Shown here: positions 9,376 to 18,971 of the stretch, piece after piece | How positions within the stretch are numbered: the stretch's first letter is position 1 | Layout of the letters: each line of letters opens with the position of its first letter | NCBI GenBank assembly: GCA_043799385.1 | Contig: JAZDNV010000001.1 | Span: forward strand, 32,265 to 96,264 | Direction: 5' to 3' | Length of the DNA stretch: 64,000 bases | Source of the DNA: Candidatus Aenigmatarchaeota archaeon | GTDB taxonomy: Archaea; Aenigmatarchaeota; Aenigmatarchaeia; GW2011-AR5 | Notes under the pieces: model-generated | The model's database searches: none | Told to the model about the DNA's origin: nothing | The model's input: the letters and a program-made list of their open reading frames with translations, nothing else | Made by a program: the position numbers and the translations under genes

Positions 9376-9690
9376 CTAAATTTTGTTCAAAACACGAAGG
9401 AGTTTCATGATCTCGGTTATGTCCTTACCTTCCTGAAGTCTCTCGAGGACGAACGGCTTTAATTTTATGACACGGATTATCGGTTTGCCGTTGCCCAAAC
9501 TGGAATCATCGACAAGCGGCTTAAGAATCCCTTCTACGTATTTAGCCACAGTAGCCGGAGCCATTCCTAGCTCTTCGGATAACCGTCTCAACCAGATGCC
9601 GTCTGGATTAGCCCGCAAAGCCCTTACAATAGATGAAATCTTCCTATCATCAAAGCCCTTTTTCCTTCCCACGCCTAATAAAATGAACAC
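9376..9690 (-). CDS. Small winged-helix DNA-binding protein embedded in the repeat region
   Basis: 104 aa with an HTH core (LSEELGMAPATVAKYVEGIL). Flanked on both sides by TTCAC/TTCAT repeat units. Confidence 0.45.
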   Translation of the reverse strand: MFILLGVGRKKGFDDRKISSIVRALRANPDGIWLRRLSEELGMAPATVAKYVEGILKPLVDDSSLGNGKPIIRVIKLKPFVLERLQEGKDITEIMKLLRVLNKI

Positions 9691-9804
9691 GTGTAAATAT
9701 AAAGCTTTATTGAACCTGCATAACGAAAAAAACCGTACTTTCTATTAAAACCAGCTAAAAACTCACATAAATTGCATAATTACTGGTTTTATACGTAGCG
9801 ATTT

Positions 9805-9870
9805 ATACATTCCAACTTCATCCTTACTTCATATTGTATTCACACATTTTCACGTAAAAATCTATATAAA
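9805..9870. repeat. Additional copies of the AACTTCAT / TTCACG repeat unit on the other side of the wHTH gene
   Basis: ccaacttcatccttacttcatattgtattcacacattttcacgtaaaaatc. Confidence 0.45.
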
Positions 9871-9900
9871 TTTTAAATTTTTTACAATGCAAGTAATGCC

Positions 9901-10401
9901 ATGCGCTGCTTTGTTTCAATCGACGTTGATAGTAGGTTAAAAGAAGCAGCAATCAACCTGCAAAATCAGATACCGGGCGATGTCAAGCTCGTGGAGCCAG
10001 AAAACCTGCATTTCACGCTTGAGTTCCTAGGTGAAATAAGCAATGCATCAGTGATAGAAGAACGTCTGGCTAAAATAGCAGGTGAATTTGAGCCATTTAT
10101 AATTAACATAAGAGGGATCGGCGTATTTCCTGATATGAATTATATCCGTGTCGTCTGGCTGGGTGCAGAAGAGCTTTCTAACCTACAAAGCGCTGTTAAT
10201 CCAAAAGAAGCGACGCCTCATCTAACGATAGCTCGTGTACGCTCAGTGAAGGACAAGGAAGCACTTAAGGCTTTCATAGAAAAGCATAAAGACATAGATA
10301 TTGGCCAGATGCTCGTTGACAAAATCAAACTAAAGAAGTCAACGCTAACGCCAAGCGGGCCTATATACGAGGATATAAGGGTTTTTGAGTTGAGGGTATG
10401 A
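9901..10401 (+). CDS. thpR: RNA 2',3'-cyclic phosphodiesterase (2H phosphoesterase, ThpR/LigT family)
   Basis: Two H-x-T-x motifs (HFTLEFLG and HLTIARV) in the expected spacing for the 2H superfamily. Confidence 0.75.
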   Translation: MRCFVSIDVDSRLKEAAINLQNQIPGDVKLVEPENLHFTLEFLGEISNASVIEERLAKIAGEFEPFIINIRGIGVFPDMNYIRVVWLGAEELSNLQSAVNPKEATPHLTIARVRSVKDKEALKAFIEKHKDIDIGQMLVDKIKLKKSTLTPSGPIYEDIRVFELRV

Positions 10402-10760
10402 TCTCTGACAAGAAATTGATGACATTGTGCCTGGCAATATCGTTAATCGGCATTGCTGCTCTCTTTATTATCGTTCAGTTTATAGAGCCACGGCAGGTAA
10501 AAATCAGCGAGATAAATGAAAGCATGGCCGGGCAGAACGTTATGATTAATTGCATTGTCGATTCGATAACGGTAAAGGATGCTATATTTGTCGAGGTTAG
10601 CGACAACCTCAGTATAAACGCAGTCGCGCTGGACAGAAACGCAAAAGAGAAAGCGATGCAGCTAAAGCTAGGCGACAAGATAATCCTTACAGGTAAGATC
10701 GAGCTCTACAAGGGCGAATTAGAAATCTTAATTAATGATATCAAACTAAGATATGATTAG
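10398..10760 (+). CDS. Membrane-anchored OB-fold domain protein
   Basis: N-terminal TM helix (LMTLCLAISLIGIAALFIIV) followed by an OB-fold-like domain (GQNVMINCIVDSI...KIILTGKIELYKGELEI). Overlaps its neighbours by 4 nt and 1 nt. Confidence 0.4.
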   Translation: MISDKKLMTLCLAISLIGIAALFIIVQFIEPRQVKISEINESMAGQNVMINCIVDSITVKDAIFVEVSDNLSINAVALDRNAKEKAMQLKLGDKIILTGKIELYKGELEILINDIKLRYD

Positions 10761-11497
10761 TGGTTTTTATGAAAGCTATTGTACTTGCAGGCGGTTACGC
10801 GAAGCGGCTCTGGCCTATAACAAAACATGTGTCAAAACCGCTGCTTCTTGTCGGCAAAGAGCCTGTTATAAATTATGTAATAAGGAAATTAGAGACGGTC
10901 GACGTTGATAAAATCTACATTTCCACAAACGAAAAATTCAAGGACGATTACAAAAAATGGCTCAAGAAATACGGATTCAAGAAGATAAAAATTGTTATCG
11001 AGAAAACGCACAGCGAGAAGGAGAAACTTGGCGCGATAGGCGGTATAAATTTTCTCATCAAAAAGGAAAATCTCAAAGACGACTGTATTATAGTGGGTGG
11101 CGACAACCTGCTCAGCTTTAGCATGGAAGAGTTTATTGAATTTTATAAAAACAAAAAAGCGCCTACTGTTGCAGTATTTGACGTAAAATCTATGGAAAAA
11201 GCAAAGCTCTACGGCATCGTAAAGACCAATCAGAAAAATAAAATAATAGATTTTCTTGAGAAGCCAGAAAACCCGCCGACGACGTTGGCAAGCACTTGCT
11301 GCTATTTATTCCCAAAAAACATACTGCCTCTTTTTTCAAAATACCTCAATCAAAAAAATCCAAAAGACGCCCCTGGTTTCTTCCTTAAATGGCTTTGTAA
11401 AAAGAGAAACGTTTTTGCATTTGTTTTCGAGGACCACTGGTTTGACATCGGTGATAAAAAGACATTGGCAGAAGCTAGAGCATACGCAAGCAAATAA
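10760..11497 (+). CDS. Sugar-phosphate nucleotidyltransferase (NTP-transferase fold)
   Basis: KAIVLAGGYAKRLWPITKHVSKPLLLVGKEPVINYVI is the classic G-x-G-x-R-L nucleotidyltransferase N-terminus. Confidence 0.75.
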   Translation: MVFMKAIVLAGGYAKRLWPITKHVSKPLLLVGKEPVINYVIRKLETVDVDKIYISTNEKFKDDYKKWLKKYGFKKIKIVIEKTHSEKEKLGAIGGINFLIKKENLKDDCIIVGGDNLLSFSMEEFIEFYKNKKAPTVAVFDVKSMEKAKLYGIVKTNQKNKIIDFLEKPENPPTTLASTCCYLFPKNILPLFSKYLNQKNPKDAPGFFLKWLCKKRNVFAFVFEDHWFDIGDKKTLAEARAYASK

Positions 11498-11519
11498 ACT
11501 ATATATATGAAACAAAATA

Positions 11520-12686
11520 ATGGTGTTGCTTATGGAAAAACTCATGAAGGACGTTGCAAAGAAAATTGTATGGTCAATGAACATGAAACGCGGCGAATCG
11601 CTACGTATAAGCGCCGGTCTTCATGAACAGGAACTCGTAGAAGAGATGATAATACTTGCGATGAAGCAAGGCATAGACGTAACCACTGCGTTGGGCTCTG
11701 ACAACCTTTCAAAGCGCGTTTATTCTGAAGTGCCGACCGAGAAGTTAAGGAAAACGTCAAAACTATCAATGAAGATTGTGGAGGCGCTGAACAATCATGT
11801 TGCTATAGAGAGACTAAAGGATCCGAGAGTTGCAGAAAGCTTTCCGCCTAAAAAGATTGCAGCTGTGCGCGAATCAGCTGAGCCTGTAAGCAAGCTCATA
11901 GAGAAATATAACATCAAGACATGCTTTGTCGGATATCCGACTGAAGAGATGGCGGAAAAGCTTGGCGTCAAATTCTCTTTATTAAAAAAATTCATACTCA
12001 ATGGCATGCTGATAAAACATAATGACCTGACGAAAAAGGCAGACTTTATCAGAAATTGTTTGAAAGGCGCGAAGTATGCGCACGCCTATGATGAGTACGG
12101 AACGGATTTGAAAATATTGGTTAAGGGGAGAAGGCCGCTTCTCGACGACGGATTGATAGGTGATGAGGATATAAAGAACAAAGACCTGCACGGCAACCTA
12201 CCGTGCGGCGAAATATTCCTTGCGCCAGTAGAAACGTATGCTGAAGGCATTCTTGTGTCGCCAAAGCGTGCTGATTCATTCACGGGCAAGATGATTGAGA
12301 ACATAACACTTGTTTTTGAAAATGGAAAGTTGAATATAAAGAAGACAAAAGCTGAAAAGAATGAAAAGGCATTGAAGACTACGCTAAAGAGCTGCATAAA
12401 CATTGATAAAAAAATGCATAAGGTAGTCAGAACAACGAACATTGCAGAATTAGGCATCGGCCTGAATCCAGTTATAGATCAAATCATCGGTTATCTGCTC
12501 ACTGATGAAAAGATAGGCGGCACGATACACGTTGCCTTAGGCGAGAATAAGAGATTCCCTGGTGGAAAGAGCGAATCCTGCCTGCACTGGGACTTTATAA
12601 CCAATAAAGGTGTTAATTTAGAAGCAATATATCAGAGCGGGAAGAAAAAGATGATATTAGATAAAGGAAAACCGTGCTTTTCCTGA
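11520..12686 (+). CDS. M29 family aminopeptidase (aminopeptidase T / AmpS-like)
   Basis: Length and conserved C-terminal metal-binding region (IAELGIGLNP...GGTIHVALGEN...HWDFI) match thermophilic metalloprotease M29. Confidence 0.8.
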   Translation: MVLLMEKLMKDVAKKIVWSMNMKRGESLRISAGLHEQELVEEMIILAMKQGIDVTTALGSDNLSKRVYSEVPTEKLRKTSKLSMKIVEALNNHVAIERLKDPRVAESFPPKKIAAVRESAEPVSKLIEKYNIKTCFVGYPTEEMAEKLGVKFSLLKKFILNGMLIKHNDLTKKADFIRNCLKGAKYAHAYDEYGTDLKILVKGRRPLLDDGLIGDEDIKNKDLHGNLPCGEIFLAPVETYAEGILVSPKRADSFTGKMIENITLVFENGKLNIKKTKAEKNEKALKTTLKSCINIDKKMHKVVRTTNIAELGIGLNPVIDQIIGYLLTDEKIGGTIHVALGENKRFPGGKSESCLHWDFITNKGVNLEAIYQSGKKKMILDKGKPCFS

Positions 12687-13000
12687 AAATCTTATAAAAA
12701 TTGCTATTAATTTAAAAATGGAAAAATTTTCCATTTTTTAAGTGGGAATTTTTTCCCAAAAAGAATTTAAATATCTATTGATAATAGTATTATTAGTGAA
12801 AAAGATGTCTGAAAAAATGAATAATGGCATGTGGTATTTTGGCATTAATTTGAATAGGACATCTTGTCTCTTCCCTAAGGCCGTATATTGCTGATTTGGG
12901 ATGATTCTGTTTCGTTCTCAAAACTAACAGATGACCAATATATTCAAAAATTACATGGGAAAAATGAAAAAAATATAAAAAATACAAAAATGGTGATTGT

Positions 13001-13150
13001 ATGATAAAAATACCCGTTTGTTGCGGGAAAAAAATGAAAATTAACATGGAACTTGGGCGTTTTGTAGAAGTCCAGTGTGATAAATGCGGAGACACTGTCT
13101 ACATCAAGAAGTATAGCGACGCTCAGAAGCCTGTTTTGATAGATGACTGA
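13001..13150 (+). CDS. Small zinc-ribbon protein, 49 aa (absent from the ORF track because it is under 60 aa)
   Basis: MIKIPVCCGKKMKINMELGRFVEVQCDKCGDTVYIKKYSDAQKPVLIDD has two CxxC-like pairs. Confidence 0.35.
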   Translation: MIKIPVCCGKKMKINMELGRFVEVQCDKCGDTVYIKKYSDAQKPVLIDD

Positions 13151-13189
13151 GGTCACTACAAGAAATACGTAGAGACCTCTCTTTCTATC

Positions 13190-14362
13190 TTACTTGAAAT
13201 CTTCGATTGTCAGAATCTTAAGCGATCCTGGATTGACACGTTCTTTGTAGTCCATCCCAACCAGATATGAAACTTTTTTCTTCAAAGCTAGGTCGACGAT
13301 TGCCTGGTTTATCTTTCCGTCAAAAACAATCGCATGAACGTCGAAATCATCTATGACGCTGCTCAGTTCGTTTAGAGGCACTTTCGTCAGGACTTCACGA
13401 TTCCTGTCTATCAGATACGCTGCTCTTGTTCCGATTAGCTCTTCAAGTGTCGAAGAAAGGAAATTCATCGTCTCTACATCAATCTTTTCTTCCTCGTATT
13501 CTTCCTTGACAGCTTCTTCTACAGGAATGTCATTCAATTTATCGCGCTGGTCGACTGGCACGCGGTCGCGAAGAGCTTTGAATATCTGCTTTTTTGTCAA
13601 TTCCTCAACTTCCTTTCCTTTCTCGCTTCTTGCAACGAACTCTATATCCGCTACTGAAAGCAGTTTTTTCAGTATCAAATCGCCTCCGCGGTCATTATCC
13701 AGAAACGCGGTCGTTATTTTTTCTTTTGTAAGTGCCGCTATTGCTTCCGGGACTTTCGAGCCTTCAACTGCTATTGCGTTTCGTATGCCGTTCTTTAGCA
13801 GGTTTATCACGTCTGCACGACCTTCAACAACGACTATCTCATCCGAATCGCGTATTCCTGGGCCACAACTCAGACCATTGTAGTTCATGACCTCGTAGCT
13901 TCTAACTGCTTCCTTAATAATTTCGGAAAGCTTTTGCGAATCCGGTATTCCCTCGTCTATCGTTGCCCTCAATATTTCTTTGGCGCGGTCGACAACGTAT
14001 TTTCTTTTCTGACTGCGAACATCTTCTACTTTAACCGTCTCTATAGTCGCTTCGCAAGGACCCACTTTGTCTATTGTTTCCAGAGAAGCGGCAATCAATG
14101 CCGTTTCGCTTGCGTCTAAACTGGACGGAATCAATATCTCTGCGTAGGCCTTTCCCTTTGATGTCTTTATTTCTACATCTATTCTTCCTATGCGGCCTGT
14201 TCGCTGCAGCTCGCGCAAATCTAAATCCTGGCCTAAAAGGCCTTCGGTCTGACCGAATATCGCTCCTATCACATCAGGCCTCTCAACGACGCCGCTGGCG
14301 TCAAGCCTTGCATGTATAAGATACTTAGCAAAATCCTGTGCTAATTTAGCCATATGATTCAC
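13190..14362 (-). CDS. dnaG: Archaeal DnaG-like primase (TOPRIM domain; exosome-associated DnaG)
   Basis: The N-terminal region conserved in archaeal DnaG (LIHARLDASGVVERPDVIGAIFGQTEGLLG) and a TOPRIM core (EIVVVEGRADVINL...FLDNDRGGDLI). Confidence 0.85.
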   Translation of the reverse strand: MNHMAKLAQDFAKYLIHARLDASGVVERPDVIGAIFGQTEGLLGQDLDLRELQRTGRIGRIDVEIKTSKGKAYAEILIPSSLDASETALIAASLETIDKVGPCEATIETVKVEDVRSQKRKYVVDRAKEILRATIDEGIPDSQKLSEIIKEAVRSYEVMNYNGLSCGPGIRDSDEIVVVEGRADVINLLKNGIRNAIAVEGSKVPEAIAALTKEKITTAFLDNDRGGDLILKKLLSVADIEFVARSEKGKEVEELTKKQIFKALRDRVPVDQRDKLNDIPVEEAVKEEYEEEKIDVETMNFLSSTLEELIGTRAAYLIDRNREVLTKVPLNELSSVIDDFDVHAIVFDGKINQAIVDLALKKKVSYLVGMDYKERVNPGSLKILTIEDFK

Positions 14363-14496
14363 CTCATTTTTAAATTTGCAGAAATAGGTCTAGTCACACA
14401 TTCGCAAAATAAAACCGTTCATAAAATTCACTTGATGAATATTATTGACTTCCTACTTCTGTGATAAGAATAATGGAAGAAACGTTTTTAAACCTA

Positions 14497-14931
14497 TCAT
14501 GCCACTACAAAATTCTCCTTGATTTGCTTTTCTATTTCTCCTATGATTTTTTTTGCGTCATCCTCTGCACGGTTCTTTACAGAAGGAAATACGTTCTGTG
14601 TATAATAATCAGTAAATGTCTCGGAGGCGAATCCATTTTCCTTCGAAACCATTCTAAACTTGCATGTTATTTTCAATTCAAGGAAGCCTGAACCGTGCGA
14701 CTCGCCCATGAGATTGAAAGAGAATTTCAATTTTGATTTGCTATCTACCGTCTTTATTATCTCATAAACCATCTCAAGCATCTTCCTTGGTCCGTCTGTT
14801 CCGTAAATATTTTTTCTCTCTATCAGTTTTCCGTATTTTGAGATTACGGCAAGTATTTCCAAAGCAGTTGAGTATACATCGTTTGTTTTTATTGAGACGG
14901 ATTTTGTTAAGAACGTATCTATTATCCTCAT
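14497..14931 (-). CDS. Hypothetical protein
   Basis: 144-aa ORF in a same-strand cluster between dnaG and the CBS protein. No recognisable motif. Confidence 0.4.
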   Translation of the reverse strand: MRIIDTFLTKSVSIKTNDVYSTALEILAVISKYGKLIERKNIYGTDGPRKMLEMVYEIIKTVDSKSKLKFSFNLMGESHGSGFLELKITCKFRMVSKENGFASETFTDYYTQNVFPSVKNRAEDDAKKIIGEIEKQIKENFVVA

Positions 14932-15000
14932 ATATTAAAATTAGATTCCCTAGATTTAAAGTTTGAGTTAGTAATGCAAAAGAAGCAGACTTATCTTTAG

Positions 15001-15525
15001 TTAATCCCTGCACTCAGCGCATGTGGCAACGCCATTAACTTCTTCTATATCGTCCGAGTAATTACCGCATACTTCGCACTCTTCAAACTCAAGGTCATCG
15101 TCCGTTGGTCTCTTTAACCCAATCTTCATTCGCTCGAGTAGTATTTCAAATAATGCGGGTTCTACCCGCAATATGTCGTTATTCGTTATTATACCGACTA
15201 TTCGATTATTGTCAAGAACCGGTAGTTTCTCGATGTTTCTCTCAACCATTAATTTTGCCGCGTCTTCTATCGTAGTGTTCGGTGAGATTGTAATCACGTC
15301 CTTGGTCATTATTTCCTTTGCCGTAGAGCCGCACTTGTCTGCAACACACTTGTATACGACATCTTTAGTTGTTATTATTCCCTTGACGTTTTTTTCGCCG
15401 ATTACGAGAACTGAGCCTACGTCATATTTTTTCATTATCTTTGCTGCATTTTCCACAGAATCGTCCAACCCTATTGTGCGGACATTCTTGTTCATCACAT
15501 CCTTTACGAGCGCGCGCAACTTCAT
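15001..15525 (-). CDS. CBS-pair domain protein with C-terminal zinc ribbon
   Basis: Two CBS motifs and a C-terminal CEVCGNY...CAEC ribbon. Confidence 0.75.
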   Translation of the reverse strand: MKLRALVKDVMNKNVRTIGLDDSVENAAKIMKKYDVGSVLVIGEKNVKGIITTKDVVYKCVADKCGSTAKEIMTKDVITISPNTTIEDAAKLMVERNIEKLPVLDNNRIVGIITNNDILRVEPALFEILLERMKIGLKRPTDDDLEFEECEVCGNYSDDIEEVNGVATCAECRD

Positions 15526-15583
15526 AATATCACTAATTTTATTGGGCTACTAACTTAAAAAGGTTTTTACTCCTTTTAGTGAT

Positions 15584-15958
15584 ATGGTCAAGAAATACTT
15601 TAAGGGATATTTCGCCGAATGGCAGCTGGTTCATCTTCTTTCTGATCGTGGGTACATGGTGATTCGTGCGCCCAGGAGCGGCAGAATTTCATTAGCGAGC
15701 CCTGATATAATCGCTGCGAAGGGTGGTCGGTTGATAGTCATTGAATGTAAATCGCGAGCGAAAGGCTTCAAAATACCCATGGAACAGTTAGACGAATTAA
15801 AACAATGGGAGGAAAAAGCTTGTGCGAAAGCATACGTAGTATGGAAAGTTGCGAGAAAGGGCTGGTTCTTCCTGCACTTGAATGACGTTGTGGCAAATAA
15901 CGGCAACGTGGGAAAAAAGTTCATAGAAGAAAAGGCAATCGGCATTGACGATATTTAA
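15584..15958 (+). CDS. hjc: Holliday junction resolvase Hjc
   Basis: FAEWQLVHLLSDRGYMVIRAPRSGR...PDIIAAKGGRLIVIECKSRAK matches the Hjc catalytic core (E...D...E-x-K) of archaeal PD-(D/E)XK resolvases. Confidence 0.75.
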   Translation: MVKKYFKGYFAEWQLVHLLSDRGYMVIRAPRSGRISLASPDIIAAKGGRLIVIECKSRAKGFKIPMEQLDELKQWEEKACAKAYVVWKVARKGWFFLHLNDVVANNGNVGKKFIEEKAIGIDDI

Positions 15959-16004
15959 TGATCATGAGATTCACCTGTTTTATATGCATTTTCTGATTCT
16001 GTAA

Positions 16005-16217
16005 TTGATGAGCGGGGCATACACAACGCTTGAGATGAGTAAAATGGGAATGACTTACACCGGTGTTGGCGCTGGCGACATATATGTCTACAAGATAGGC
16101 GGCGAACTGTTCATAATGCAGCACATAACCGATGATATATTTTTTGAGGTTCGCAGATGCAAGTCCAAAAATATAGGAAGCGTCGATGAGTTAATGAAAG
16201 AATTAAAGAAACTGTAG
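16005..16217 (+). CDS. Hypothetical protein
   Basis: 70-aa ORF in the short gap between hjc and the next ORF; no known motif. Confidence 0.3.
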   Translation: MMSGAYTTLEMSKMGMTYTGVGAGDIYVYKIGGELFIMQHITDDIFFEVRRCKSKNIGSVDELMKELKKL

Positions 16218-16240
16218 AAGATAAGTATTTATTTTTTTGG

Positions 16241-16561
16241 TTGATTCTATGGGAATGGACAAATATGGTTGATGAAATTAGCACACGCTTGAACGTGAAG
16301 ACGTATATTGGCCTGAACGGCTACTTATTCGAAGTTCCTCTGAGCATTGATTTTTTCGCTATATCAGAAGACGGCGCAACCGCGGAGATAAAGGAATTCC
16401 GTTTTTACTACCCTACCTGCATTTTTTCCAATATCGACCCGAACCTGATGGAACAAAAAGCAAAAGCCATACTGGACGTGAAATTCCATAAGGCAGCGAC
16501 TGAAGCGCTGAAGCAATACATGACCGAAGCTGAGGGCTTATACATTGTGAGCAAGAATTAA
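16241..16561 (+). CDS. Hypothetical protein
   Basis: 106-aa ORF immediately upstream of HMG-CoA reductase; no known motif. Confidence 0.35.
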   Translation: MILWEWTNMVDEISTRLNVKTYIGLNGYLFEVPLSIDFFAISEDGATAEIKEFRFYYPTCIFSNIDPNLMEQKAKAILDVKFHKAATEALKQYMTEAEGLYIVSKN

Positions 16562-16607
16562 AAGAAAGCATTAAATATCGTTCTGACAAATTTATCTGAG
16601 TGATGTT

Positions 16608-17852
16608 ATGGATTCAGCGATTTCCGGTTTTCATGAGAAGAGCGTAGACGAACGGCTGCGGATACTGAAGGAATTCGCTAGTCTTAGTGAAGATGAAATT
16701 GCGTCACTGAAGAAAGAGAACGCTCTCGGTATGAAGACGGCGGACATGATGATTGAGAACGTTGTCGGAACGATACAGATACCGCTGGGCATTGCTACCA
16801 ATTTCTTGATTAACGGAAAAGATTATCTTGTACCGATGGCACTTGAAGAACCAAGCGTGGTCGCGGCAGCAAGTTACGCTGCTAAGCTTGCTAGACCAGA
16901 AGGTTTCACTACGAGTAGCGACCCGCCGTTAATGATAGGCCAGTGCCAACTCGTCAATATTGATGATTGCGAAAAAGCAAAGAAAACTGTTTTGAAGAAC
17001 ATGGATAAACTGATTGAAATTGCCAATCAACGGGATTCGGTGCTTGTTAGTTTCGGTGGTGGGGCAAAAGACGTCGAGGCACGGATTATAAAGACTAAAC
17101 GTGGCTCTATGCTTATCGTTCATCTTATCGTAGATGTGCGCGACGCGATGGGCGCCAACGCCGTAAATACGATGATAGAGGCGATTGCACCTATGCTTGC
17201 CGAAATGACTGGTGGTAGAGTTCGATTAAAAATTATTTCTAATCTTGCAACAAAGCGACTGGTTCGGGCAAAAGCTGTATGGAAGGAGGAAGTAATAGAC
17301 GCGGATGTCATTGATGGGATTTTAGATGCTTACGAGTTCGCAGAAAATGACCGCTACCGTTGCGCGACCCACAATAAAGGTATAATGAACGGCATTGATG
17401 CCGTAGCGATAGCGACCGGTCAGGATTTTCGAGCATTAGAGGCAGGAGCGCATGCTTACGCCGCATTGGACGGTTATCGCTCATTGACAAAATATGAAAA
17501 AGATAGAGACGGAAATTTAGTCGGCATCATTGAATTGCCATTGGCTGTCGGCTTAATCGGCGGTGCGATAAAAACGAACCCGATTGCAAAAATTGCTGCA
17601 AAGATTTTAGGCGTGAAGAGCGCTAATGAACTGGCGGAAATAATGGCCTGCGTCGGCCTTGCAAATAATTTTGCAGCAATGCGGGCAATGGTAGTTGAAG
17701 GGATACAAAAAGGTCATATGAAGCTTCACGCAAAAAATATTGCCATTGCGGCCGGCGCGGAAGGCGAATTTATACACAAAATAGCAGAGAAGATTATTGA
17801 GGAAAAAAATATCTCTGTGAACAGGGCGAAAGAACTTTTAGAAGATTTGTGA
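16608..17852 (+). CDS. hmgA: 3-hydroxy-3-methylglutaryl-CoA reductase (short, class II-like form)
   Basis: ENVVGTIQIPLGIATN, DAMGANAVNTMIE and the overall 414-aa length fit HMGR catalytic-domain signatures. Confidence 0.9.
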   Translation: MDSAISGFHEKSVDERLRILKEFASLSEDEIASLKKENALGMKTADMMIENVVGTIQIPLGIATNFLINGKDYLVPMALEEPSVVAAASYAAKLARPEGFTTSSDPPLMIGQCQLVNIDDCEKAKKTVLKNMDKLIEIANQRDSVLVSFGGGAKDVEARIIKTKRGSMLIVHLIVDVRDAMGANAVNTMIEAIAPMLAEMTGGRVRLKIISNLATKRLVRAKAVWKEEVIDADVIDGILDAYEFAENDRYRCATHNKGIMNGIDAVAIATGQDFRALEAGAHAYAALDGYRSLTKYEKDRDGNLVGIIELPLAVGLIGGAIKTNPIAKIAAKILGVKSANELAEIMACVGLANNFAAMRAMVVEGIQKGHMKLHAKNIAIAAGAEGEFIHKIAEKIIEEKNISVNRAKELLEDL

Positions 17853-17864
17853 TAAGGTGATTAA

Positions 17865-18125
17865 ATGAACAAAACTTTTGAGAAACTTGTTGTACGGCCT
17901 TTCTTTTATATGCTAGAAAGTCCGTTTAGAGGCGCGTCTAGGGCACTTGATGGTGAAAGAACGCCGATAAGCCGCGAAGAAATTGCAAAAGAATACCATA
18001 ATAAATTCGGAGATGGCAAAATTACCGATATTGGTATAACGCTTTCATTGATAGCAAGCGCAATACCGGCGTGCTATTGTTATTGCGAGATGCATTTATT
18101 TAACAGTTATCTTGACAAACGCTGA
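17865..18125 (+). CDS. Hypothetical protein
   Basis: 86-aa ORF right after hmgA; C-terminal Cys-rich hydrophobic stretch. Confidence 0.3.
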   Translation: MNKTFEKLVVRPFFYMLESPFRGASRALDGERTPISREEIAKEYHNKFGDGKITDIGITLSLIASAIPACYCYCEMHLFNSYLDKR

Positions 18126-18127
18126 TA

Positions 18128-18937
18128 CTAGACGTAAGCTTCTAGATAAGCGGCAACAAAAATCAATGCTTCTGCTATTACTAAGAACATGACCGAGTCC
18201 ATAAATACTTTCTTGAATTCTTTGCTGATTATTTTTTCGCGGATTATACCGACTGATAATATCCCGCCTGCGAGCCCTGCGATAAAATAGGCAAGTATTT
18301 CCGGTATGCCATGCAGCGCTATAGCTCCGAGACCTGCGGGAATGCCATAAAAGTATGCTGTGCCTATGTTCATGCCCTGATTGACAAATGAATGATATAT
18401 CAACCCCAGGTATACGGATATCACCGATGCATTCCAGGCGAGGATGAAGATTGCCCCTGCTCCAAACATCGTCGAGAGTATGAACATCAGTATCATCACC
18501 TGGCTGTTGTTGATGAAGTACAGCGTGAAGCTTGTATTGCCTGTCGCATTACCTGTGATACCTTGACCAGCGAACCATTCCTTCTGTAGAACAAAGACGT
18601 CTTCAAAACCGAAGAATATGTACGTCAGATTCATTGCAAGAATTATTCCCATGAAGAACGCAGAAAATGTGTAGATGATTTTTGCATGACGCGTGAATAA
18701 ATTTCCAAACTTGTTCCTTGCCGCAAAACATTCTTTCTTCTCCTCAATTTCAAAAAGGCGCTGGAAGAACGGTACGAAAATTATTGTTATCAGCGATATC
18801 GCCAGTATTGACGACTGTGACGGAAAAAGCTGGTGTGCAAAAAATATTGCAACGAAAGAGTAAAAGAACGCCAGGATAAATACGTGCCATGGCTTGTCCT
18901 CGGCATTTCTAGGGTTCATTATTGATTCTAGAACCAT
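18128..18937 (-). CDS. Integral membrane protein, DUF95 / SpoIIM-like
   Basis: Multi-pass membrane topology, and the conserved N-terminal segment resembles stage II sporulation protein M-like archaeal proteins. Confidence 0.5.
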   Translation of the reverse strand: MVLESIMNPRNAEDKPWHVFILAFFYSFVAIFFAHQLFPSQSSILAISLITIIFVPFFQRLFEIEEKKECFAARNKFGNLFTRHAKIIYTFSAFFMGIILAMNLTYIFFGFEDVFVLQKEWFAGQGITGNATGNTSFTLYFINNSQVMILMFILSTMFGAGAIFILAWNASVISVYLGLIYHSFVNQGMNIGTAYFYGIPAGLGAIALHGIPEILAYFIAGLAGGILSVGIIREKIISKEFKKVFMDSVMFLVIAEALIFVAAYLEAYV

Positions 18938-18971
18938 GAATATAATTGCCGCAGGCGGTATATATCTGTTT

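Noticed and set aside
12718-12757. Palindromes ATGGAAAAATTTTCCAT and GGGAATTTTTTCCC after the aminopeptidase gene as regulator sites
   Set aside because: They lie directly downstream of a plus-strand stop and are followed by T-runs, so they are more simply read as intrinsic-terminator-like hairpins and oligo-T termination signals.
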